A DNA stretch of 61,632 nt, the filler included, from Dugesia japonica (lineage: Eukaryota): the NCBI GenBank assembly GCA_001938525.1. It is 6 parts of 6 records of this genome, joined end to end, with 100 filler letters (N's around TTAATTAATTAA, not from the genome) between each part and the next. Parts side by side here need not be neighbours in the genome. Positions count along the whole stretch, not along the records: positions 39,466 to 53,010 come from MQRL01618800.1; 5 more parts are not named here. One strand, given 5' to 3'. Position numbers and translations under genes: made by a program. Below the pieces are notes generated by a model. The model worked only from the letters and a program-made list of their open reading frames with translations, had not been told where the DNA came from and ran no database searches. Below are positions 41,420 through 52,420 of this stretch, in pieces (within the stretch, counting starts at the first letter, position 1; every line of letters starts with the position of its first letter).

Positions 41420-44400
41420 AGAAGACGGGTGATCAACCAGTTGCTCCGATTATATCAGCACCCACAAGTACACTCAAAGGTAAGGGCTAACTGGCAGAAA
41501 ACGATATCGGATTATATCACCGAGCTGTATAAAGAAACCCAGCTAAAAGACTATGAGTTCGAAATTCAATATATATGGCATAGCAACATAGAGGTCATTC
41601 CAAAACGAGTTAAGTTACTATTAAAAGGGTTGACTGTACGACATTTGAAAGAAGCTATGAATGAGATAAAATGGAGCGAAGTAAATGGTATCAAGGATAT
41701 GACTGTAAACCCGCTTCTCGAATTACCACTGTTTAACGTGCAGCAACGATGGAATGGAAAGTGGAGTGAGCACAGATTGCAATTAGGTAATATAGGAATC
41801 AATATTCTTCCAGATGACCGGAATCTAATATATTACGGAGCACGACCCCACGAAACTACCATAATTAAATTTATAAATTGGGATTCGGTATTCCGACCGC
41901 AAACAGTAATTCAGGAAATAGAAACCGACGAACTATATCATAATCTAGAAAAAACATTCCTAAAGAAAATTGTTCCCCTCCAGTCTCAAACGTACATGCG
42001 GAAAAGATTGGGGACAGTAAGGTTAATGGACCATCTGGAATTGGGGCAAATCGAAGCCCCAAGACTATCATTATCCCGAATTGATGAGATACTGGTAGCC
42101 GTCCAGAAACTCCATGATACCATCAGAAGGGATGTATACTTAAAATTGACGAATCGATTATTGGAGTTATTGGAAGTTATAAAATTGATCACCACTGAGG
42201 AAAGCGATTGGACAGAATGGTTACCTGTACATTACGATTGGGTAATATCCAATATGGGATTATCGGATTACCAAGTATGGTTGTATAACTCAGAAGGTAA
42301 AATGAAACTGACTCTTACGGGTTTAATGGTAGAAGATCTGGAATCAGCCCTGAATCAAGCAGGTTATCCATGTGTAACTGATAAATATGTATGTACTCCA
42401 GGTGCAATAGTAGATTTTAATGCAGAAAAAGACATATCTACGATTTCGGAAAAAACCAGGAGAAGAAATCAAACTGGTAATATTGGACAAACGATTACGA
42501 CATATGGGTAACGAAAACCGGAAGATTGGCATTGGAAATCATGAAAGAAATGGAATATCTGTATAAACAAGGAGTAGAACTTATAAAAATAAAGATACTT
42601 TCCACCGTGTTAGGAAAGAAAGACAAACTAACAAAGGAGGAGAGGAAACAGTTGCTAATGACGCGTAACGACTTCCTCAGGCAGCGAATGGAGAGCAGAG
42701 AGGGTAAATGCAACATGATAAAATGCGACAGATGCCATCGAGAGAGGTAGTAGCAATGCGTAAGGTGGAAGAAATGGTTAACCGAGTACAGATGGAATAG
42801 GAGAACTTACCCCGAGAAACCTATTGGATGATAATGAATAGAATCTACGATATATATGATGGACTAGAAATACCGGAGGCGATCGAGAACCAATGGCTCT
42901 TGATTAGGCAGAAGTATGCCAAAGAAATATTGGCAACTACCGAAATTCGGGATTATCAATTATATTTGAATATAGGTACAAATGAACAAGAATTGACTAA
43001 ATACAGCCGATTAAAACCACAAGGAATAACCATGATGGATTTAATGGATGCCATTACTGATAAGTGGCGAGAACAAGGATTAAAAATGGTACCTCTGTTC
43101 ATAAATGGCAAATTGGTAGAAACAGACGACGAGGATAAACACATATTCCAGTGCCATGCGAAGCCCGGAGAAATATGCGAGCTCGATGTAGAAGAAGATC
43201 CACGAATAGAGCGATCGCCAGATCTTGAGGAACGAATGGAAGAGATAACAGAATTATACGTATCCGAAGTATTGTCAGGTATAAAGGAACAAGTAAAAGA
43301 AAATCAGAAAATATAGAATATTGATAACTTACCAATAATCACCACAAAGTCAGTTGTATTTCCGGAAGGGACGCCAACAATACGTGATATTCGGATGAAC
43401 TATACCAAACCGATAACGGAGGAATCCGCCACGTTTCACGCTATCAATGATCTACTAAGAGTAACATGAGAAACGCGATCAGTAGTGAATATCAGGGTAT
43501 ATTGGAAAATGATGAATAACTTACGGGATTTGGCAATCTATGGGAAACTCAGTTTGTGGGCTCGAGCACAATGGTGGAAAGAGAAAAATCTATACGAAGA
43601 AGAAGTACAAAATACGTCCATCATATCCGACTACTCCATCAGAGTTAGTTTGCTCAACAAGGAAGGGCACATAAAAAGGTAGATATGATAACCTTNNNNN
43701 NNNNNNNNNNNNNNNNNNNNNNNNNNNNNNNNNNNNNNNNNNNNNAACTATCCGACACATTTTGAAACCTATAAAAAAATGGTTATGGCCAAAATCGATC
43801 AAGTCCTATAAAATGCAGGTGGGAGCAACCATGATCATACTAACCAAGAAAGAGGATCACATTTTCTTACATGATATTAAACCAGGAGAGGTTACAGATA
43901 TCAAGTTAACACCTCAGAAGATGACGGTAGATATTCCGATACCGAAGATGCCGGATACCGATCAACTTATATTCAACATGATGAGTTTGTATATACAAGA
44001 AATACTACCGGTAGAGAATGAAAGACTCATAAACACTTATGGCGAAAATAAAGCCCAAATAAACATGGTTCGGAGTAAAAACCATGACACCCCAGACCTA
44101 ACCTCAGATGAAGAAGAGCCGGAGGAGGAAATTTCGGAGGATATTGGTCAAGCCCGATTGTTACCATTTAAACAGGATTTCGCTGGTCCTTTCAGTTCTC
44201 CACAGACAGAGCGGATATCGAAGATAATTGCGGATTTTTGTTACTTCCAGGAAAGGATACCTCGAGTAAAGCATTAAATTTACTAATGGATCTGACAAAG
44301 TATACTGAAATAGCAAGGGAAGTTCGTGCCAAGTGGGAATCAGTAATCAAGCCGTATATTGGTACAGTGAAAGCAAGTGCCAGGGGAGAAGATTTTCAAG

Positions 44401-45910
44401 TCACGATAGAATATCTGACACCAAACAAGAAACCAAGGAAGGAACCAGAATCGGCTGTCATGCACATACCACATTTTAACAGCACGTCAGCGAGGGAATT
44501 ACAGGAAATTTTAACATCATTAGATATAGCTGACCAACAGAAAAGCTATGCGATTACAAGCGACCACTTGAGATTTCCGATAAAGTTTGAAGGAAAACAA
44601 CATCTAATGGACGTAGGGTTAAAACCCGGAGAAAATACATGTCTCCAAATACAGAAACTAGAGGATTACATTCCAGGCCCAGTAAAATCTATGGAGGAAG
44701 TAATACAACAATTATTGGAATTATACGAACAAGAAATCAACAGTGGACAGTTATTTGAAATAGTCGACGATAGAACAATGGAGATTAATATTGAATCATG
44801 GGAAGACAGTAAAACATGGGGAAGTTTAGCACGAGTGATAATGAAAATACTCTTAACCTTGGAAGAAAACTTGGAATTATTAAGACATGACAAAGTCATT
44901 CAATTAGTTCTGAAGCTAAATCAATTACGAGCCATAAGTCAAATGCCTGAAGACATAATGGATGTAATATTAAATAAAGCGGTTCAAATGATAACCAAAG
45001 AAGCCGTCAAAGTAACAATCAGATTTCCCGACGAAAGTGAAATTCGTTGGCAAATCCACATGAACGAACTATGGGCCAAGTTGCGGAAGAGGATTGTAAA
45101 ATTTATGAATCAACAACGTAGCCTCGACGAGGAGGAAACTGGAGCGCAAACAGCAGTCCAGGAAGACGACATAGTACTCTATTACAATCACGTAATAGAA
45201 TCAGACCAAATGAGGTTGCCAGTGAAATATATGGGGGTTTGGCCAGGTACTAAATCAAAAATTTATGTAACAGCAAAGGATGAAAAGAGACGACGACCAC
45301 GAGTCTCGGAGGAGAAGTGTAAGTAGAAAGCTAGGGAGTTGGTGGAATATTACGTAGAAGAGATACATCCATTAGTATTCGCTAGGGCTAAACTCACCAC
45401 ACAAGAACAAAATAAACAACGAGTAAAGATGGTAGCAGCTCTGACTAACACCCCGGTCAAAGACGAGAAGCTGGAAGACAATTTACCGAAATTGTTCGAA
45501 TTACTAGTAGGCGATAAGTTGATAAAGCCGGAAATTATACGACGATACAATATAGCCTTACAACAAGATCTGGCCGTAGAAGATCTCAGAAAATTGCGAC
45601 GATTAATACTAGCCATCAAAGTAGCACATGTATGGGATCCAGTTCAGTTCAATAAGATTCTGGTTAAATGGCGGAAAGCAGAGAGGGGCCAGCCCACGCC
45701 ATTGGAAGTTAAATTCAGAATAATTGATCCAGAAGGGGACAAAATCGCGGTTAGAATACCAGTATATAATACAATCAAACACATACGGGATAAGTTACCG
45801 TTTAAGTCACCATACAAACTCTTGGATGAGGACGGAATAGTGGAAGACATCACCATGATTGGATTGATGAAAATAGATTTAGTTAAACCTAATACGTTGT
45901 GGATTTTTCC
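41420..45910 (+). pseudogene. Cargo: about 7 tandem diverged modules, each helical + ubiquitin-like beta-grasp
   Basis: Recurring N.LL.L...W...Y...D(Y/F)(Q/E) followed by T..(D/H)L and a (K/R/W)PGE-hydrophobic strand; last modules align by eye to ubiquitin. Confidence 0.55.
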
Positions 45911-46643
45911 CGAATTAGGAGGTACTCTCACTCGAAAAGACACAGATCCTTTCAAAGTGGCAGGCAAAACTAGGCCAATAATGGGAGAAACCTCAGGTAT
46001 GCTAAAAGAATATAAACACCGCACACAACTAGCGGCTAGTCAAATATTAAGACCCACAACAGATCAATCGGGAAGCACAGAAGTATCCCGAGAAACTAAA
46101 GAAACTCCTAGAACAAGCCAAGATTGGGAACGCGAAATATTTGGATCACCATCAGCAGACGAGTCAGCCGAAGACGAAGACGAGTTACAAATTACAAAAT
46201 ATTCGCCTCCAACTAGAAAAAGGGAGGAAAGAAAGGATAAAGAGCCGACACAAAGTAAAAAATACGACCCTAGCAAGGTTGATTTCGATGAGGAAGACGT
46301 ATTGGACGACCAACCCTTGTCACCGATATTAAGCAGAATAGCCAAGGAATTGCCATCTTCGGTAATGGATGATTTGATGGATACAAACCACCCACTAGAG
46401 ATGGAAAATCCAATGGAAATAGAAGACGAGGAAGTACCGCCAAAGCCAGTACGCACCCATTTTGATGCGGAAACCATTACGGAACCACAAAATAGAGGCC
46501 GACCAAGAACGAAACCTCCGGGAAATCCAGGGGAGGAAGAGGCAATGAAACAAAAACTATTAACAACATCAATAAGTCATCAAACTAAGCGACTAGCAAC
46601 GGTATCTCAAGAAAGATACCACGAAAATCCAACAGATGATGAC

Positions 46644-46920
46644 ATGCCAACCGAAGTAGTAATACGGCAGTTACTGCTAATGTTATATTCAGAATTAAAA
46701 ATATGGATTGGGAAGTTTCAACTATCAGATACTCTCAGACCACTGGCAAAAGAAATAGAAGCAGCTATTAAGAAATTCCCTGCCATTAAAGGCACCAGTC
46801 ATGGTACCAGAGATAATTTAGAAGGAGTCATGGACGAATTACTACAAGATCAGCCAACAAAGGGACGAATAGTAGTATCTTTAGCACATCTGATTAATCA
46901 AACGCATCTATCAATCGCTA
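46644..46920 (+). pseudogene. Bcl-2-like domain (BH3 + BH1), C-terminally truncated
   Basis: SDTLRPLAKEIE (BH3-like, cf. LRRIGDELE), then at Bcl-2-like spacing NLEGVMDELLQDQPTKGRIVVSL (BH1, cf. FEQVVNELFRDGVNWGRIVAF). Confidence 0.6.
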
Positions 46921-46935
46921 GAAGCAAGTCGTCAA

Positions 46936-47986
46936 AAAACTTCATTCTCAGTAAATTACCGAATGCAAGATACCATCGGGCGAATGTACCACGATCTTAT
47001 TCAAAATGACTGCACATTGAATAAAGAAATATTGAAGACAAAGTTAGCAATGGCGGTTACAAATCCAGATAGTGTCACTCCACTACTTATCTCTGGAAAA
47101 GGGACAATTCGGTTGAGTAGTAGGAGAAGTAATGTACCTATACAAATGCAAGGCCATAGATGCCGAGTTCTCATCTAATCCCAAAAACTGCTACAATGAG
47201 ATAGAAATCATACATAATAACGAGAAACGATACGTGCAACCAATTACGCGAATCATATCATCACTGGGTTATAAGCCAAATATCATAAATTGCTCTAATG
47301 TATTCGGACCACAGTATATAATGACCGATGGTTCATGGATAAGATTCCCCCAACGAATGGCAAAGGGGATCGAACCACGAAAATTCTCAATGTTACGATT
47401 AAATGGAGGTATGCAATTCACCCCAATTGATATAAACAAAGGAGGAATATATAGCTGAGAAGATTTAGAAAAGGCAAGAGAATATATCTTGTTCCCAGTC
47501 CGGAGAATGCAAATCTTATCCAACATAGTGCAATTAACTAGTGGAACTAACATAGACGGATGAGTAAATTATGACGCATTATTATCAGCAGACCACTTTC
47601 AAAAGGCCACAGAGAATGTAATGCGGAAAATGTGGGGACGATTTATCATATTTGGACAAGCGATGGCAGGATTGTTGGTAGTTATGCTGATAATTTTGGT
47701 AACACGAGTAGTGATTACTCAATTGTTCGCATGTTTTGATATATACAAAAGAGAGAAGAAAGTGAATTGGAAAATGGTAACNNNNNNNNNNNNNNNNNNN
47801 NNNNNNNNNATGGTGCTTAATAGTCACTCCAAGGATATTGACAGAGTAAAGAGATTCATTCGGAAGCTCGGACAAATACGAGGATCAGACAAGGAAGTTA
47901 TAATGCAACTCAGACTATTATGCGAAGAAATGAGCAACGCAAAAAAGAAAATATCTTATTTCAACCAATTCAAAGAAAGATTTTAG
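46936..47986 (+). pseudogene. Chuvirus-like (Jingchuvirales) class III glycoprotein/env, C-terminal half with TM helix
   Basis: MYHDLIQNDCTLNKEIL...NPD...G...VVGEVMYLYKC...CYNEI....NN...VQPITRII...CSNVFGPQY...W...GGIYS*EDLEKAREYILFP...MWGRFIIFGQAMAGLLVVMLIILVTRVVI. Confidence 0.8.
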
Positions 47987-48569
47987 AATAAAGACGAAAG
48001 TAGTAGTAGCAGCGACGACGATAGAGGGGAAAGCAGTGGAGCCCCTCATGTACCCAGTTATAAAACTGCCATGGAATACCATGCGGAATTCAAAAAACAG
48101 CAATACGAAAAGATCAGTAAGATGCAAAGACTAAAAAATGCGCTAAAATTCGGAGGAGGAGAAAGCACGCCAGCACCAGCACAAATGTATTATAACGCTT
48201 ATCCGCAACATGGTTGGNNNNNNNNNNNNNNNNNNNNNNNNNNNNNNNNNNNNNNNNNNNNNNNNNNGAGAAAGCACGCCAGCACCAGCACAAATGTATT
48301 ATAACGCTTATCCGCAACATGGTTGGCAACCCATGAACCAATTACCTCAACAAGTATGGGCACCAGGTCCCCTGTACAACAATCCGTATATAAGCCCACC
48401 ACAAGCTCCCAATATGGCACTATTAACGAAGAACAATGTATCAACTATGGACCGAAGAATAATCGAACAAAACCTGCGCACTCCAAATAACCAAATTACG
48501 GAGCAGGATAAGTTAGAGACTCAAACTGTATGTATGATGATCTCTCAGAAAGCAAAATTATTACAGAAA

Positions 48570-48880
48570 AGGATAAAAATCGACGGAAGATGGGTAATAG
48601 CTATTATTGATACAGGGGCAAGTACGAAGTTAGTCCATAAAAGGATATTAGAAGATTATCGCCTACTTAGAATAACAATCACTAAAGGAGTTATCATCAC
48701 TGCCTCTGGAGAAAAAATCTCACCAGTGGGAGAAGCAATATGTGCGATAGAAAGCGATGGAACCCAATTCTGGCATAAACTGCAAATAATGAACGAATTA
48801 ACATTCGACTGTTTATTGGGGTTGGACCTCTTACCACGCCTTTGTCCGGAAGGAATACTGGATTTGAGAAAATTAACAAT
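48570..48880 (+). pseudogene. Aspartic protease 1
   Basis: IAIIDTGASTKLV (DTG at 48609-48617), ITASGE, CLLGLDLL. Confidence 0.85.
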
Positions 48881-49184
48881 ACGGGAAAACTATAATCAAG
48901 AAAATGCACCGGTAGGATATCAGAAAACCCGAATAATAACCTAACAGAAACGACCACAACAATGGAATCAGCCACCACCCAACCAGCTGAGACAGCGGCC
49001 AACTGGCCGAAATGAGCAAAACAATTCGAATCAAGACCGTCGGAAAATCACCAATACAGCCACCTTGATAAGGGACGATTGGATAAGGTTCCAAGAACGA
49101 GAACCAAGATGGAAAAACAAAATACCAACAAACTCTAGTCATAACCCTTCAGATGTAGTATGCGCAAGTCTCAATGGCGGACCG

Positions 49185-49510
49185 GTATTAACCATTATAG
49201 TTAAAATCAACGGCTGACCCATAACAGCTCTAGTGGACACCAGAGCAACCATATCATTGCTGTCGATAGATGAAATCGCGATAACCGAATACAAAAACAT
49301 ACTACCCACAAACACTATAGATGATGTGGCAAATGGTAGTAGCCTCAAAATCTTTGGAGAATTGGCCTGTGAAGTCGAATATCAGGATAACAAAATTAAA
49401 CATAATATGATTATAGTAGAAATGATGGGACAGTGCATTCTAGGAACAAATATTCTTCCAGTCTTGATGAAAAATGGTATATTGAACTTCGCGACATTGC
49501 GGTTACAATC
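49185..49510 (+). pseudogene. Aspartic protease 2
   Basis: ALVDTRATISLL (DTG mutated to DTR), VANGSSL, CILGTNIL. Confidence 0.82.
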
Positions 49511-49849
49511 ATCGGAAGGTTATACCCACGTAAAGGATCACGAGGTATTTACTACAGAAGAAATTGTGGTACCTAGTAGATTCCAAGTATCTTGCGTAGT
49601 CAGTACCAAAAGTGCCTATGAAGAAGATTGTTATTTGAACCGTATGACGGATTTGCACACCAGTACGAGCTACCCACGACAGGAGGAATAACCGCGGTCA
49701 ACAAAAGTGGGGAAGTACCAGTTAGCTTAGTTAATTTAAGCCAAACTCCAGGATGGGTACACTAACCCCCATCGAACCAGAACCCGAGGTGATAGAAGAA
49801 ACAGCCCCTGAACCGGAAATTGATAGAACATTTAAAGTGGAAACGGAAA

Positions 49850-52420
49850 CTTTGTCAGAAGACCAGAAACAAGCAATACTTCAATTTTTGGAAGAATTCC
49901 GAGATATTTTCGCATGAACCAATGAAGAGTTGGGTGTGTGCATCGCAACAATGCACACAATTCCATTAACGGATGAAACGCCATGTAAACAGAAACCATA
50001 AGCCATGACAGTGGAGAAAAAAGAATTTGCAAATAAAGAAACAGCTAAGTTAGTGAAAATCGGTGTGATAGAACCTAGCTGCTCACCATGGCAGTCACCA
50101 GTGGTGTTAGTAGATAAAAAGGATGGGACACAACGATTCTGTATTGATTACCGAAGATTAAATGCTCAAACTAAAAAGGATACTTATCCGTTGCCAGATA
50201 TCAACGAATTATTGCAACTACTATGTAATGCTAAGATATTCACCACGTTGGATCTGCGAAGCGATTACTGGCAAATAAAAATCAAACCAGAAGATAGAGA
50301 GAAAACGGCTTTTTCCACATGCAAAGACTTGTATTAGTTTATCCGTATGCCATTTGGACTTACTAATGCAACAGCCTCTTTCCAACGAATGAGGAATTAC
50401 GTAACTCACGGCATATCTCAATGTATGGCCTATATTGATGATCTAATAATCTATTCGCCAACCTTTGAAGGGCACCTTAATGACTTACGTAGTGTGTTTG
50501 TACGACTACGTAAATGGAATCTAAAAGTGAAACCCACCAAATGCGAATGGGCCAAGAATAAAGTAACATATTTAGGCCATTTAATATCGGATAAAGGCAA
50601 AGAACCGGATCCGTGAAATACGGAGAAGATACGAAATCTAGCACCGCCAAATTGTGGGCTTAAAATAAAGGAATTTCTCGGTCTCGCGAACTATTATCGA
50701 AAATTCATTAAGGATTTCGCTAAAATTGCGAAGCTGATGCAGGAGTTGGTTAAACAAGATACTGCCTTTATATCTGGACCACAACAACAACAGTCGTTTG
50801 AATCATTAAGAGATAAATTACTAACTGCACCAATTTTGGTACACCCTGATTTCAAGAAGCCATTTATATTAGCCACCGACGCGAGTGGATACGCGATGGG
50901 TGCAGTGTTGAGTCAATTAGATGAACAAGGCAGAGAAAGAGTAATCGCATATTTTAGCAAGAAATTTCAAGGGGCAGAGTTAAACTACAGTACTACAGAA
51001 CGAAAAATAATGGCTATTGTAAAAGCCACCAAACATTTCCGATCACTCATACACGGTCACGAAGTATTAATTTACACGGATCATTTACCAATCACTTTCG
51101 TGGCACAAAAAACACTACGATGGAATAGAATGGCAAAATGGCAACTAGCAATGCAAGATTATTGTCCTCTATTAAAATTTAAAACGGACAAAGCCAACTC
51201 AAATGCGGATTGTCTGTCAAGAATCGGTGGACCAGAAGTCACAGAGGATGCACCAGAAGACACAGAAACATTTACATTGCGAGAATTATTAGAGAAAAAA
51301 GTAGGAATGGTATACTTTATACTAGCTGAAGATAGAAACTTCGATGGATTAAAACAAGCACAGGCAGATGACGAGGAGATCAAGATCATCACGAAATATA
51401 TGGAAAATTATAACTTGGAGAAGTTAGAATGTGAACCTAAGATGAAGGAATATTTAAAGAAAAACGGAGGGCGTTATGCGGTCACTAAAGAATGGCTGAC
51501 AGCTCAAGATGGAGAAAACACCGTGTTAGTCATCCCTAAAGCAAGACGGGATAAATTACTTGAACAGTATCACAATGGTGTACTTGGCGGACACATGTCT
51601 CATAAGAAAACCAAATCCAAATTAAGGCAGAAATATTACTGGCCACATATGACAGAATCAGTGAAGGAATGGATTGCTAAATGCCAGATATGTGCTGCCA
51701 GACGAGGAACAGGAAAAAGAGTAAAGGCGTTATTAAAACCTATTGCAGTACCAGCGATGCCAATGGAAATCATAGCTATGGACGTAGTTGGACCATTACC
51801 ACCAACCCTAAGCGGAAATATCTACATACTTTCCATAATGGATTATTATTTCCAAAGGCATTTCCTATGAAAAATCAAAAAGCAACCACCATAGCAGATA
51901 TTCTGGTACGAAAGTTTTTCAGTAGATACGGTACTCCGAAGAAAATATTGACCGACCAAGGAAAAAATTTCATGAGCAATATAATAGCAGAGATATCAAA
52001 CTTCCTCAAAATACACCAACTACGGACATTACCGTATCATCCTCAGACGGATGGATTAACAGAGAGGTTTAATAAAACCCTGATCAATATGTTGTCCAGT
52101 TACGCTCAAAAGGAACAAAATAACTGGGATAAACATATTCAACTATGCCTATTTGCATATCGGATGAGTGTTCAACCAGCAACTAAATACACTCCATTCG
52201 GCCTTATGTATGGCAGAGAGTGCAACATGCCTATTGATTTGGAATTCCAACCACCGATAACACAATATCAAGACGAAACAGATTTTGCGGCCAATTTCAA
52301 GGAGACCATGCAGAAAATATGGAAACAAGCCAAGGAGAATGTAGGATTCTACCAAGAAAGTTATAAAGATTTACACGATATAACAGCCGTGCAACATTCC
52401 TTTAAAAAAGGCGAATTTCA
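49850..52420 (+). pseudogene. pol: RT - RNase H - integrase
   Basis: SPWQSPVVLVDKKDGTQRFCIDYRRLN, RMPFGL.NA.ASFQ, AYIDDLII, LATDASGYAMGAVLSQ, YTDH, ADCLSR, HNGVLGGH...CQIC, MDVVGP, TDQG, YHPQTDGLTERFN. Confidence 0.96.

Larger units (their letters stand above)
39466..52420 (+). mobile_element. Giant Gypsy/Ty3 retroelement with large cargo between gag and pol; 5' end cut by contig start, 3' end truncated
   Basis: About 13 kb of purine-rich + strand coding sequence, visibly more GC-rich than the flanks, broken only by point stops and frameshifts; order gag, cargo, env-like, PR, PR, RT, RH, IN; no LTR visible. Confidence 0.9.

Noticed and set aside
48158-48327. About 60-bp direct repeat flanking an N gap
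   Set aside because: Most likely an unmerged contig overlap; removing it restores a continuous reading frame.
41566-52355. Many minus-strand ORFs within the giant element
   Set aside because: Antisense shadows of the + strand polyprotein; no independent motifs.
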